DNA from: the human T2T-CHM13v2.0 reference genome, Homo sapiens
Assembly (NCBI RefSeq): GCF_009914755.1
Contig: NC_060947.1
Direction: 5' to 3' (one strand)
Length of the DNA stretch: 64,000 bases
Shown: in pieces, positions 34,652-52,316 of the stretch
Position numbering within the stretch: position 1 is the stretch's first letter
How the letters are laid out: the number at the start of each line of letters is the position of its first letter
The notes under the pieces: generated by a model
The model's input: only the letters and a program-made list of their open reading frames with translations
What the model was told of the DNA's origin: nothing
The model's database searches: none
Translations under genes and position numbers: made by a program

Positions 34652-35075
34652 TTACGAGGTTCTTAATCTTATTTTCATTATACATGTGTAAACAGTACAC
34701 ACCAAAGAACAATTACCAAGAGCTACCTAATGGAAAATTGCTGATTCTTAGTGAAAGATGTTTGTTTACCTAATTAGCAGTAAAAAAAGCCACAAATATT
34801 TGAATGTATTTATTGTTATTCAAAATAAATAGTCCTTTTCAAATTGTTAAGAAAGAATCAAAAGAGGTAATAGTATACCCCATGATATCTGGCTGTTGAG
34901 AATGGCAGGACATTTTTTCATCTTATAAAATTAAAAAAAATAATTTTTCAAGATTATTTTTAGGGAGCCATTTGTTTCTACCTGAATTGATTCTCTAGTT
35001 TCTTACTCCACTGCAAACTCATTATTTCATAGAACCATAGAATGTCAGATCTAGAAGGGACCTAAGTTTTACCTA

Positions 35076-35513
35076 TGTCGAGGAGAAATTATCCACAAGA
35101 CAGATTTTATTCAGGACTATTGCAGTAGAGTAGAAACTATTGCAGTAGGAGAGAGACTGAGCTCAACTTCAAATACAACAAAGAAAAGTGATTATTTACA
35201 GCCAAGGAGCAGAGTGAGAGGGCCAGTAATGGAAAATTACTAAGAGGAGACATCAAGGGTAGAGAGGGGTGGGTTCTTGTTAAACTGGCCCAACAGGATT
35301 TTTGCCAGAAACAGGCCAAGGATTTAGACATCAAAGGTGGGAGATCAGGAACTTGATCAGATATCGGGGTGAAGGGACTCTCTCTAAACCGATTTAGCAG
35401 GATTATTGATGTAAATGGATTTGGAAGGCCAAAAAGTAGGCCCAAGGATGAGGCCTAATTGAGAGGAGGGCTCAGAGGAGCCTGTCTAAAGTTTGATCAA
35501 GGAATCTTTGTCA
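35076..35513 (-). mobile_element. ERV1 solo LTR (MER31-like)
   Basis: TG...CA termini; minus strand starts tgacaaagattccttgatcaaactttagacaggctcctctgagccc; 4-bp flanks ccta/cata. Confidence 0.75.
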
Positions 35514-37308
35514 CATATGAAAAAATGGAGGCCCAAAGAGGTTAAGAAACTTGCTCAGGGTAATACTGTTAGTTAGTGGCATAACTGGGACTCTGACTTA
35601 AGGCTCCCCAGTGATCAATTAGGTGTCTATTCTACAGGGAGCAGACTGTTCGCTGCATCCACTTTCTTGTTTTCTGTTACCTCAAAAGCTCCGTCAACAC
35701 CTCCATCAACCAGATTGCTTCTTGTGTTCTTCTTAAATGATGTCATCAAAAAGATTAAGACAGTGCATACTATTTAACTATCACTAAGATAAAGCAAAGA
35801 CTAGGGGGTTACTTTGAAGTAATGTTGAGTCCCACCTTATCTGACCTACATAGAATTTTGCCACTTTGATTACTGCTAAACTCTACTGTTAGCTAGGAGA
35901 TTTCTATCTTCTGAGTTACTATAATATATTCAAAGAAGAAAAAGAAAAGTAGCCACATTCCTTTAAAAGAAATTTAACAATTTATTATTTACAAAATGTG
36001 CTCTAAATTGCATAGTTGTTGGAACTTGGTCTCTGTGATGTTTTCTTCTTTGCAAGACTACAACCTTAAGTGGAAACTGAATTTAAAATATACCAGTCAA
36101 TTCATCAGTATACCTTTAGTAATTACTACTTATGGACAATATTTTAGGTTTTTGTTTTGTTTTCTTTTTCAGTTTAACTTTGTTACACAGTTGAAAAATA
36201 ATGGATTGTGGACCTCATACAAAAAAAAATTGACTTGGCATATAGCTCATTAAAATGTTGCTTTTTAAAATAGAGTCTTAGAAGTTTTGCTATGATATGA
36301 TCCACAGTTTTCCTTGCTAATTACTCAGGCTGAAATGTCATATTTCAATGAAATATTTTGCTGAGAGTTCTTGTTATTGGTCCCTCTATATCAAACACAT
36401 ATATAAAATGTCTTTACTCAAACCTTGAGTTGTCTTAGTTGGGAATTCTAATTTATTTAACTAATTTTGTGGCCAGACTCTGCTCTAAGTATTGTCTTGA
36501 GTTAATTTGCTGTCTGTGATTTAGAAACAATTTAAATAAACAGAAGCCAATATTTAGCTTTCTGAATTTCAAAGTATCAAATGCTTTGAAAGTTTTATTA
36601 GGAGATAATGATAATGTTTTCTATTTATATGACATGCCACAATTTACATCATATAATGTACTTTTATTGTAAGCATCTTAAGGGCAGAGTTTGAGTCTTG
36701 CTCATCTTTGTGTTTCCTGTAGCACCTTGCACATGGCAGACATTAGGCCAGTATTTTACAACTTGAATTTGATCTTTAAAACATTCCTGTGAGGGAGGTT
36801 AGGGCAGATACCAGTATTCCCATTTTACAGGTAAAAAACCATACTCAGAAAGATTGAATTGCCCAAAGTCATATAGTTATTAAGTAGCAGAGTCAAAAAT
36901 AGATCCTAGGTCTTCCAACTCCTAGGATTCATTGCTCTAGCACAATTTATTCTCTCTGCTAACATTTGGTGCTTATAAATCATAGCAAAACTTGTAAGAA
37001 AAGAAAATTGTGTTTTTAGTCAATTAACACTAACCAAGGGGTGCTCTATTTGTAGGCTTTTAATCTTTTTATTTAATGATCCTTCTTTTAATAGTGAATA
37101 GCCTGTCTTAATATGTGCATTGAATAATAATAGAGTAAATATGATATTTTCTGTGGTTCGGGGTGGGATATTGCATGCCAAAACATTTTCAAGTACCCTT
37201 TCACTGATAGGCTTCATATCTTGGAAAAGTTGAATCTTTATTTTTGTGTTCAATGTTGTACAAATATATATTGGCTTTTTCTCCTTAAGTAACTTATTGC
37301 AAGTACTA

Positions 37309-37704
<396 letters not shown>

Positions 37705-38327
37705 TCATGAAATGCTTTTCAAATACAAGCAAAAGTACAGTTGGTAATGGCCATCGTATATTCATGTTTTGATTTTTCTATTCTGTCACCCATGATCTTT
37801 ATATTTATTGCCAATGAGGCCTTTAAAGTCAACTGTATCTTCTTGAAGCAGTCTGAGCATATCAAGAAATTGGCACCTGGTGTTTTTATTAAAAGATAAC
37901 ACAAGCCAAGATAAACTTCAGCATTAATCCAAAAATACCCCTTTACTAAAGGAATTTGAAGGCTGTTGGTGAAATGGTACTATCTAGCCAACTTTAATGT
38001 TTTGAGAAGCTAATTTTTGGAAAGCCACAGTAGCAGTGTTAACATGATGTCTTCAGTAGAGTTTTCTATTTTCTGGATTAACGAAGACCAACAGCTTATC
38101 CTTTAGAATAAGCTCTATTTGAAAAAGTTTGGCTCTCTATACTTCTGTATGGTTCTGTTTGCATACTGATTATGCTGTAAGTATAAGAAATGCTGGCAAA
38201 GAACATTATTGTTTTAACTTGTACTATAATGTGAACCACTTCTAACTCATAATCTTATTTTGTACTGTGTGATGTCTGATACTGCTAACATCGATCTTTG
38301 GGCTTTGGTGAACTCTGATCTTCCCAG

Positions 38328-38336
38328 GTTTTCAAG
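38328..38336 (+). CDS. COL4A5: COL4A5 alternative microexon 41B (9 nt, Gly-Phe-Gln)
   Basis: cttcccag|GTTTTCAAG|gttaga; branch-like CTAAC at 38285-38289; phase 1-1. Confidence 0.9.
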
Positions 38337-39409
38337 GTTAGACTCTTCACTGGTCAATTCTTTTTTTTTTTTTTTTTTAATGCTTTGTGTGTGTGATAAG
38401 AGAAATGCAATTTTTTGCTATAATTCAGAAGTCATTGGAGAGTGCTGTTATCCTCAAGCTGGGGTTTTAACATTTTGATGAAGGTAATGTGACTTGATTA
38501 TAATTAAGTTTCAAATGACGTTAGGGTCTTTGTGTTTGCAATTGTTTATAATAAGTAATCAATACATAAAGACATGTTGAATTTTAAACGGAAATACACT
38601 TATTTTTACCTTCAAGACTGCATTAAAATATTTAGGCAAGCATATGACCTATTTGTAATCTCTGAATGTTGATTTTATTTTCTCAAAATTTTGTTTTCTC
38701 AGATTGCCCTGATCTGTGTATTTATGGCTATTTTCAGTGATGGCAGAGATATACTATTGAATACTGTTAAAAATAAAACTTATATGTTCTTTATGTAATT
38801 AATAACTCATAATTTGAAGGACTCTAAACATCAGGTCTGAATTAACATGCAAGTTTCCCATTTTTTTTTAATTTCGAAAAGTGCAGTGCCTTAGGTTATT
38901 TCAGATGATACAGTGTTCTGATAACTTTTAAAATGGAGTAGAGGGTCATAAAAGGTTTCTTTTTTTCCCATCTTACTTTGTTATTGTTATCAGGTTGATT
39001 CACAGTTTATTTATTTTTCATAATTAGCTGATTTGCTACTTAATTTCTAGTGCAAATCATACATTGTGGATTAAATTGACAAGTTTGCTTAGAACACTGA
39101 AGTTCTGTTTTTTTATTCAAATGTACAATGTACTAAACCTTTTCGTTATGATTGAGAAGGGAATTTCTGTGTTGACTGGTTGCCAGCCTAGGGTGACTAT
39201 ATGAGTTAAATTGTTTAAATGTAAAACAATTGTTGTACTATTGTAAATCTCCTTCCTCTTTCTCATATGCCAGATAGAGTCATGTTATATTATGAAATTA
39301 CATAGAAATACCTGAAAGATTAAAAAGATGCTCATATTTTAAGATTTGTTTTTATCTTCAATTTTACTAATAAAGAAAATAATAATAATTTTAAAAAGTC
39401 CTTCCATAG

Positions 39410-39650
39410 CTTCTACTATATACCAGGCACTGTGCTAAGTAATTTTTACATTGTATCTCATTTAATCCTTGGAACAACCTGCTAAAGTAGGTGCTATTCT
39501 TAATTCCATTTTATAGAAGAAGAAATTGAAGCCAAGGAGATTAATAATCTTACTGAAGTCAAACAGCTAATAACTAATGGAGCTGTATTTGTAACCCAGC
39601 ATTCTAGCTCCAAAGTCCTGTGTTCTTAATCACAGTGTCATTCTGCCTTG
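39410..39650 (-). mobile_element. MIR
   Basis: ccaggcactgtgctaag...tctcatttaatcct...ccattttatagaagaagaaattgaagcc. Confidence 0.75.
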
Positions 39651-40418
39651 TTAGTATTTTGCCATTGATTCTGAATCTTAAGAGTATTGGAAAGGGAACT
39701 AAAGTCTGAATTTTATTTTAGGTTAAAAAGACAACCCTTTGTCCATAAGAATGAACTCTATTCTAAATTCATAACAAGTGCCTATTATAGTTCCTCAAAA
39801 AATAATCCCTACATATCTTCATTTTTTGTTGAAATCAATAAAATTTGAAATGACCAGAGGAGAGAAGGTGTAAATGCTAACTATTGGCTGTTCATTATTT
39901 AGGGTTTTGTAATTATTTTCTTAAGGCAGGATTACTTAGTCTCAGCCTCAGCCACTGAACACTCTGCAAGCAAGTAACACCTATTTGCCACCTGGTGACA
40001 AAAGACTTGGCCAATGATAAGATCTCCCTGGTTGCTTAATGGACCTCATACCTTTATTCAGAAAAAGAAATTAAAAACACAGCAAAAGTAAAAATGCTAA
40101 GCAAAATCCAGTTTTAAATTATTTTGTTTATTCACAAGATACATACAGAATTCTTTATTTTTCTTGAAAAATATTTAAAATGTAAAGAATATGAAAACAT
40201 TTTAAAAATGAATTTTAAAGTACTTTATTGATTCAATAAATTTCTAACATTTAAAAAAATTCCTATGTATCAAGCATATCACTAAAATGAAATTAGTTTG
40301 CTTAAATTGCTATCTGTATTGCATAGTAATAAAAGCTGAATAAATGTAACTACTTACAAATAAAGCAATTTGATCTTAATCACAATGAGACATGGCTTGA
40401 ATTTCTGATTGCCCTACA

Positions 40419-40745
40419 GCAGTGATGCTTAAAGTGTGGTCCTGGAACTAGCAGCTTTAGCTTCCACAAAGCACTTGTTAGAATGCAAATTATTGGGCCT
40501 CTCCTAAGTCTCTTTTTTCTAAATTATTTATTCTTAAGACTGGTCAAGTGCAGTAACGAGAAGGGAGGAAAGAGTTGAACAAGGAGTTCAATCTATAACT
40601 GAACAATCAATTGAGATAACTCACTACCTTCAGACCAGTCTCCTCAGTCTTACGGAATCCAAAACTCTTGGGGTGGGCCCAGGAATCTGTTTTAACAAGC
40701 CCTCTAGTTGATTCTGATGCATGCTCCAATTTGAGAAAATACCCT
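40419..40745. mobile_element. MER5A-like hAT DNA transposon, split by a Y RNA retrocopy
   Basis: cagtgatgcttaaagtgtggtcc...cttgttagaatgcaaat...ggaatctgttttaacaagccctc...gattctgatgcatgc. Confidence 0.8.
40536..40640 (-). pseudogene. Y1 RNA (RNY1) processed pseudogene
   Basis: Minus strand GACTGGTCTGAAGGTAGTGAGTTATCTCAATTGATTGTTC-AGTTATAGATTGAACTCCTTGTTCAACTCTTTCCTCCCTTCTCGTTACTGCACTTGACCAGTCTT matches recalled hY1 with a 6-nt deletion; A-rich tail 40513-40535; TSD tcct(a/c)agtct 40502-40511 / 40641-40650. Confidence 0.93.
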
Positions 40746-41082
40746 ACAGTTTCTGTTTAATTTAACTTTAAGTCAAACTCTTTGTTAAGAATTACAGAGC
40801 CACACATTGTTAAGCCATGAGTCTTTTTCTTTAGATGTTATTTTATTGAATTTAATATATAATAAAATGTAAACTAAAAGAGTCTGCAAATCAGTGTTCA
40901 TAACAAAAAGAATCCAGTTCAATTTATATTAGAAAGGGAATCAGCATAGGTCTAGATATTTTAATGTTGTGTGGGTTTTATTCTGCAAACTAATAGGAAG
41001 ATGACTGATATTTTAAAAGCCTGACTTTTATGCTACTCTTAACACTATACTGAAATGTCGTCATTTGCTGTGGATTATTAAG

Positions 41083-41216
41083 GTCTACCAGGTCCAGAAG
41101 GTCCTCCAGGTCTCCCTGGAAATGGAGGTATTAAAGGAGAGAAGGGAAATCCAGGCCAACCTGGGCTACCTGGCTTGCCTGGTTTGAAAGGAGATCAAGG
41201 ACCACCAGGACTCCAG
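41083..41216 (+). CDS. COL4A5: COL4A5 exon 42 (134 nt)
   Basis: tattaag|GTCTAC...CTCCAG|gtagga; [24 protein letters not shown]...GPPGLQ; phase 1 to 0. Confidence 0.96.
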
Positions 41217-42179
41217 GTAGGAAATGGAAGTAGATATCTGATGAGAGAAGAATGTGGGTGTTTGTATTCAAAATGTGAATTCTAAGCTGCATCATTTTAA
41301 TTAACACTCACTAGACAAGGTTCTATGTGTGGCTCACTGGCGAATTAAAAAGACAGTAGAAGGCAAGTTTCCTATAGTCTCCTAAAGGGACTTTGTTGTA
41401 TTATAGTCAGAGTTCCTGAAAAGATACTTCACCTGGAGTCTTTGGTATGCATATTTGGATTTGAGTAGCCTTCATTTCAGTGAAAGCAAATTTATGCAAA
41501 GGAGACATGCATATTAGAGCATTGCATATAGATGAATCCACCCATAGAGAAGTAATTATGGTGAATAGAGGCATCTTTTAGGCTTTGAAATTAGATAAAG
41601 TTAGGGTCAAATGTCAGCTCCCCTGCACACTTCTGCTTTGTATCTATGAGGAAAACAGACACTGGGTTTCTGTCTTCACCTATAAAAAGAGAATAATAAC
41701 ATATCCACTCATGTGCTTTCTATGTTGGTTTGAGTGACCCAGAGCAGAGAGTCACATTCCTCTTTATGGGTTCTCAAAACTGCCTCCATTCGGTCAAGAT
41801 GATTGCTGGTGGATTTGGCAGTCAACACAATCTGGACTGTCTTTTAATTCTGAAGACTGCTTTATGGCAGAAAAAAAGTATTTAAAGTAGTGATCCTTAA
41901 AGCTTTTCAAAATCTAATCTTTTTCCCCATGCCATCACTATTCTTCCAGTTACCTAGACTTAAAAATTTACTTCTGTTTACTCATTCTCTACTCACTCCC
42001 TATAAATATGCATATTTCCAGAAACAATTAAGAGTAAGTTTCACCTGCTATACCCCTTTACCACTAAATATTTTAATGCAGATTTCTTAAGATTAAAAAT
42101 ATTCTCATGTTTTATTATAAGATGACAATAAAAAGCTATGGGATTGTTTATATTTTATAAAATTCTTACCAAATGTCTT

Positions 42180-42287
42180 GGCTGCAGCCTGTAATCCTAG
42201 CAACTTGAGAGGCTGGGGCAGGAGGGTTGCTTGAGGCCAGGAATTTGAGACGAGCCTGGACAACATAGCAAGACCCTGTCTCTAAAT
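42180..42287 (+). mobile_element. FLAM/Alu monomer (a second fragment lies at ~43297-43412)
   Basis: gcctgtaatcctagc...gaggccaggaatttgagac...gaccctgtctctaaa. Confidence 0.8.
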
Positions 42288-42294
42288 TTTTTTT

Positions 42295-43205
42295 AATTAT
42301 ATAACCACAGTACACTTATTAACTTCAGAAAATTTAACATAGATATACATTAATTTCTATCTTTCATATTCCAGTTGGGTCCAATGACCTAATAATGTTC
42401 TTAGCATTTCTTCTTCCAGTACAGGATCCAGGCCAAGTCATGTTTTGCATTTAATTGTCATATCTCTTTAGCCTTCTTTAATCTGAAACAGTTCCTAAGT
42501 TTATTTTCTTTTTTTCATGACCTCGACATTTTTAAGAAATTGTACCACCACCCCCATTTTTAAATAGAATATTCCTTTTTTGCCTGATGTTTATTCATAA
42601 TTAGATTCAGGTTATGCATCCCCAGCTGGAATACTACATGAGTGGTTCTGTGTCCTTCTCAGGCTAACCGATAAGGAGGTCCATGATGTCTATCTGCTTC
42701 TCATTTGTGGTTTTAGTTTTAATCATCCAGTCAAGTTGTTGCTCAGTTTCTCCACTGCATCATTAGGTTTTTCCTTGCAACTAATAAAACTGTAGGAAGG
42801 CACATTAAGATAGTGCAAATATACCAATACTCATCAAAAATTTCCCTTAGATTTAACATCTATTAATGATTTTGCCTCAACCAGTCTCTAGTGGGATAGT
42901 GGCAAAATGATGTTGTTTCAACTCTAGCACTACCTCCACATATACTAGTCAGTCCTACTGTAAGCAAGAGCCCTCCCTTCTCTCTGGTTTACCTATGCAT
43001 TTCTTATCATTTTTGACTCATTTTTTCTCATGTTTTCCACTAATTTACAATTTCTAAACTATCATTACTTATTTCGATGCTCTCATTGTTCCAGATTTGG
43101 AAGCCCCTTCAAGCTGGATTTGATGTTTTTCTGATATGTACTTCCCTCCAACTATTTTTTTAGCACTTTTTAATATTATTTCATAATAAGATGCTCCAGG
43201 CTTGT
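42295..43205 (-). mobile_element. Ancient L1MC-type 3'UTR
   Basis: catttaattgtcatatctctttagccttctttaatctgaaacagttcc; aattagattcaggttatgcat. Confidence 0.6.
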
Positions 43206-43470
43206 TCCTCTTTCATTCTTACTAACATAAGCTTCGTTGTCCTGCACTTGAAGTAGAGCAATAGCCTCCTATATGATCTTGCTATTCTATATTCTTCCTG
43301 TAGTTGGGTGGCTGAGGGGGGATGATTGTTTGAGCCTAGGAGTTTGAGGCCAGCCTGGGCATCATAGTGAGATCCTATCTCTATAGAAAAGAAAGAAAAA
43401 ACAAAGAATAAAATAATAGTTACCTTTCATTAAGTACACACCACACACCAGTCTTCTAAGCACTTAATAT

Positions 43471-43992
43471 TGTCAGCAAAAGACAATGAGATCTAGAGGA
43501 GAAAAAGGAAGAGCTTTATTTTCTGTAAAAAGTAATCTGCGGATTGGGAAGGCACAGCTTTCTGTACAAGCGAAAGTGTGATCTCTGAAGAACAAAGGGA
43601 GGGTTTGGCTTAAGTAGGGAAAGTTCTCACCCATGTTCTCAACCAGGTCCATTTATGCAAATGAAGGATTCAGACTTATCAGTTCTGATTGATTGAAATA
43701 CTTGAGCCCTGATCAGGTGATTTCCAAAACCAAAGCCAGAAGTCTGCCAGATGTTTCTTTCAAATGGCCAATGGGCAGGGGGTGTGTTCAAGCCACAGTT
43801 TATCTTCGCAGTGGTTTGACTTGATTGTACAAAGGGAGATCCTGTGACACTTTTACAACATCTTTCCAAGAACACAAGGTATGTGACATTTCCCTTACCC
43901 AACCACGGCCAGTTGGTTGTGTTTTAACTTTGCGCACCTCAGTTAGCCATGGGAAGTTCATTTTGTCTGTCAGCCAGGGGTATATTTTAACA
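43471..43992 (-). mobile_element. ERV1-class solo LTR (522 bp), inserted in a MIR
   Basis: TG...CA termini, perfect 4-bp TSD ATAT 43467-43470 / 43993-43996, minus-strand AATAAA near its 3' end. Confidence 0.8.
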
Positions 43993-44189
43993 ATATGAAC
44001 TGTCTCATTTAATTCTCACCACAACCCTATGAAGTAAATACTGTTATTTTCTCCAAATTTGAGGTGAGAAAACTATGAATCAAGGAGGTTAAATAATCAA
44101 CTCAATTCACACAAGATAATATAAGGCAAAATTGAGATTACAGTCTTGGAAGTTTGACTCTAGAAATAGTGCTATATGCCACTATGTAA

Positions 44190-44339
<150 letters not shown>

Positions 44340-44403
44340 TGAAGGGATTTTTGTGGTTTCCCTTTATATTAAACTCCTCTGGGACAAGATAGCCATTTTC
44401 TGA

Positions 44404-44553
<150 letters not shown>

Positions 44554-45275
44554 TGAAGATAGTTATACCTGATACTTAGATGCTTTAAAGAATTTGAAAG
44601 TTTTCATTCTGTCTTTCAGCCAGACCATCGGAGGCTAAGTCCCCAACAACTGAGGCAAAATAAACAAGGCTCTGCCTTTATTTACTAATCTCTTAAATTC
44701 TCTATTTTAGTAACATAATATTGATAGCAGACCTTTTAAAGTTAAGATAAATGCAGGATCAACAAAAATGCTTCCTTGACATTAGCTTCTATACTAACTT
44801 CCCCAAATTCAATTGAACAGATCACAAGAGCAAGTCACATATGAATTTTTTATAATATTTTCGATATTAAAATAGTTCTTTTTCCTAAGAGGCTTATAGA
44901 GGTTTCTTATAAATTGAGAAATAAGGAATCTGCTAAATTCCCCTACTAGATCAAAGGGTCCCTGGACAAGCACAGCAAGCAAAAACTGCAAATGATGTTG
45001 GAGTCAGAATGGATGTGTAAGGGAATAAAATTGTCTTCCCCTGACACCAGTGTTCACAGATTTGAACACAGATGGATGAGACTTTGTAGTAACTGAGTAA
45101 GATTCAAGGTTTGAAAATAGAGATGATATGCTTAATTTTTACACTGACCCTAAGAAACTTATTTTTCAATTGAAAATTATTTTTCAATTTTAAGTTTTCC
45201 TAAACAGATTTCTGTTAGATATGGCAGCAATTCAAAAACTGGTTTCTCTCACACCAATTTTTGTCCTGAACTTAG

Positions 45276-48805
<3,530 letters not shown>

Positions 48806-49591
48806 ATGCAGATCATTCTTTTAAGGCTTATTCATTGGAGAACATTTCCCTAGTTCTCCTTTTACATGTCAGAGGTTGTCTCTGACAATAGGAGTCTAAG
48901 CAACTAGTAGAATACCAGACCACCACAAGTTCCATTTTCTTTTTTCTTGAAAGTGTTAATTTCCCATGGTTGAATTTCTCTTAGACTATGTCAGGTTACT
49001 GTTAGCCCCTCTGGCTGTTCCAATTTGAACAACTAATTAATGTTAGAAAAATTTATAATGAAATGAAAATGCATTTAAGATCTGGTGCTTTCTGTACATC
49101 ATCCAGCAGAAAGATTGAAGGCTGATTTGGTGGGCTATCAGTTTCCCACTGTGAAGCCCCTTGTCTTTTAAACTAACTGGTGTCTAGCTGGCCATTTGAC
49201 TCTACGTTTATAGCCAACTTTCATTAATCATTATAAAAGAAAACTAGAACTAACTTCAGTCTTTTGCTCTTATTAAGTGATCAAGTGACAGTCTTATCAA
49301 AAACAAAGTATACCTGGCAGTAACTTATGGTGGAATAGAAAACGAAAGTTGGGACTTACATTCTTGTCTGATTCTGAAGACAAAGAGAGCACAACTCCAT
49401 TAAAAGCATCCCAGAAGCAAATGGATTGTTTAAAACTAAAGCTAAATCCTTGTTGGCTTCTTTGGTCCTGGACTTGAGTTATCTCTTCTTTTTTCTGGAT
49501 TTAAGACAAAACCAAATTGTGAATTCAGTGTCTCGAGAACCTTATGTCTCCTAGATCTGTCCAGATGTGAAAATATTCTACTCATATTTGA

Positions 49592-49753
<162 letters not shown>

Positions 49754-51012
49754 TGAGTCTGAGAGACCTCTGGACATAGGGCCTCCACTTAGAGCTGTGA
49801 GATCTTCTCTTGATGTTAGCATAGCTGACTGGTGAATGTGGACCTGAGGAAAATAGGAAAGCACATAATAAGGAGATTTGTCACTATCAGAGAAGCATAC
49901 AAGATTGCTTTTATTTGTGTTTAGAGCAGTGGAAAACTCAGTTAAATTTTCCAAGCACTCACTGTACTTACTTGTTCAGCAAATTTTCAATATGTTGATT
50001 TAAATCCCTTGACCATATTGAAACTATTGTGAATATTTCCACATTTGAAAATATCGCAGTAGGCTGTAATTTCTTTCATAAAGAGCAGCAAATATAAATG
50101 AACAGTTTAAGTGATTGCCATAGACCTTTAAGAGTCATGGTGAAGTTTCATATTGAGATGATAAATTGATATTAGGAGCATTAATAGGTGCTCCTGATAA
50201 TATTGAGTCTGGTATCTGTTAGATTTTCAATTTGTACTCAACCTACTTCCAAAAAGAATTTGAGTCAACTTGAAATAAAAAATACTTTAACGTTAAGGTT
50301 TCTAAAATAGAAATAGAGGATCATACATTATATATGTTAACAACTCTAGATTATATAAATATGACTAATAAATAAACATAAAGAGTTTGTATTTCAAATA
50401 TCAGTGGCAACACAGCAGAGTGGTAATACCTATAGCCTTCCTAGAGTCAATGCCCTGACATTTCATTAATGCTATATTTCTAGGGAAATAACAAGTTAGT
50501 GTCATCTTCATCACAAGTGTTTCTGTGAAGTTTCCCTAAAATGAAAATTTATACACAGACTGTCCAAAGGCCTGTATATACAGAAAATTATTAAATGAAC
50601 TCAAACCAAGAGGCTAAATCAGGAAGGGAAGCCAGTGGTGGATTGAAAATGGGCATTTTGAAAATACTTCTTTAGAATGCCCTGCCTGTTCTCTACACAA
50701 AAAGGTATGCCTGAGAATAATTCCCCCAGACGGATTCAAAGGAAAATGTTTTTCAGCAATGAAGCTGGCAGATTGATGGCAACCACACCCTTCCTTTCTC
50801 ATTGATGAACAAAACAGCAGGCTGAAAATTGACCATGGGGTTCAGATTCTTTTAGTACAACAAGAGACTAAATAACATACAGACTCTCCAAATAAGCATA
50901 TTTTATTTGTCTCCTAGCCCATGATATCTGACAATGCCTTTATAGACACTCTATAAATATCAAATAAATTAACTAGTCAAATGAGGTCATAATGTTTTGT
51001 CAATATCCATAA

Positions 51013-51294
<282 letters not shown>

Positions 51295-51905
51295 TAATTT
51301 CCTACTGTGCCTTTTGTTTTTGTTTCAGAAATCCTGTTGGGTTCTAGAGTAGCCTTGGCCAAAGTGCCTCTCTCTATTCTTTTGGGGCTTCCGAATTGAA
51401 AACCATGTCAAAGGCAACTGAATATATTCACTATGATTTTTAAATAAATAATATTTAACCTTAAACTAAAAGCATTAATTAGCTCTTGTGAGGTACAATT
51501 CTTGGCCTAAAGCAGATCATTTCAAAAAGGCCACATTTACTTTTAGTTAGATTAGTTATTAAGGGAACAGTTTCCCTGGGCTCTTTGCAGTATAGCAGCT
51601 GCTTGAGTGTGCAGTGTTTATAATTCCTGGGAGATACTTACCTCATCTTTGAAACTGGTCTTCATCAAGTTCATAAGTTCTGAAGAGAATCTTGGTTCAT
51701 AGATCAAAGAAAGTAAGGTCATTGCTTAATTATGCTAGTTTGTAGTTCCTAAAATAAGTGCCTTAGCTTTATAAAGTATTGCTGGAGTCATTTAAAGCTA
51801 TATAAAGTATGACATTTCTGTACAAAATCCAGTTCATTTAAGGTGTTCCCATGTATCTTCTCTATACTGGGGTGGACAGCTAGGTTGATGGGATGAGGGG
51901 ACTAA

Positions 51906-52316
<411 letters not shown>

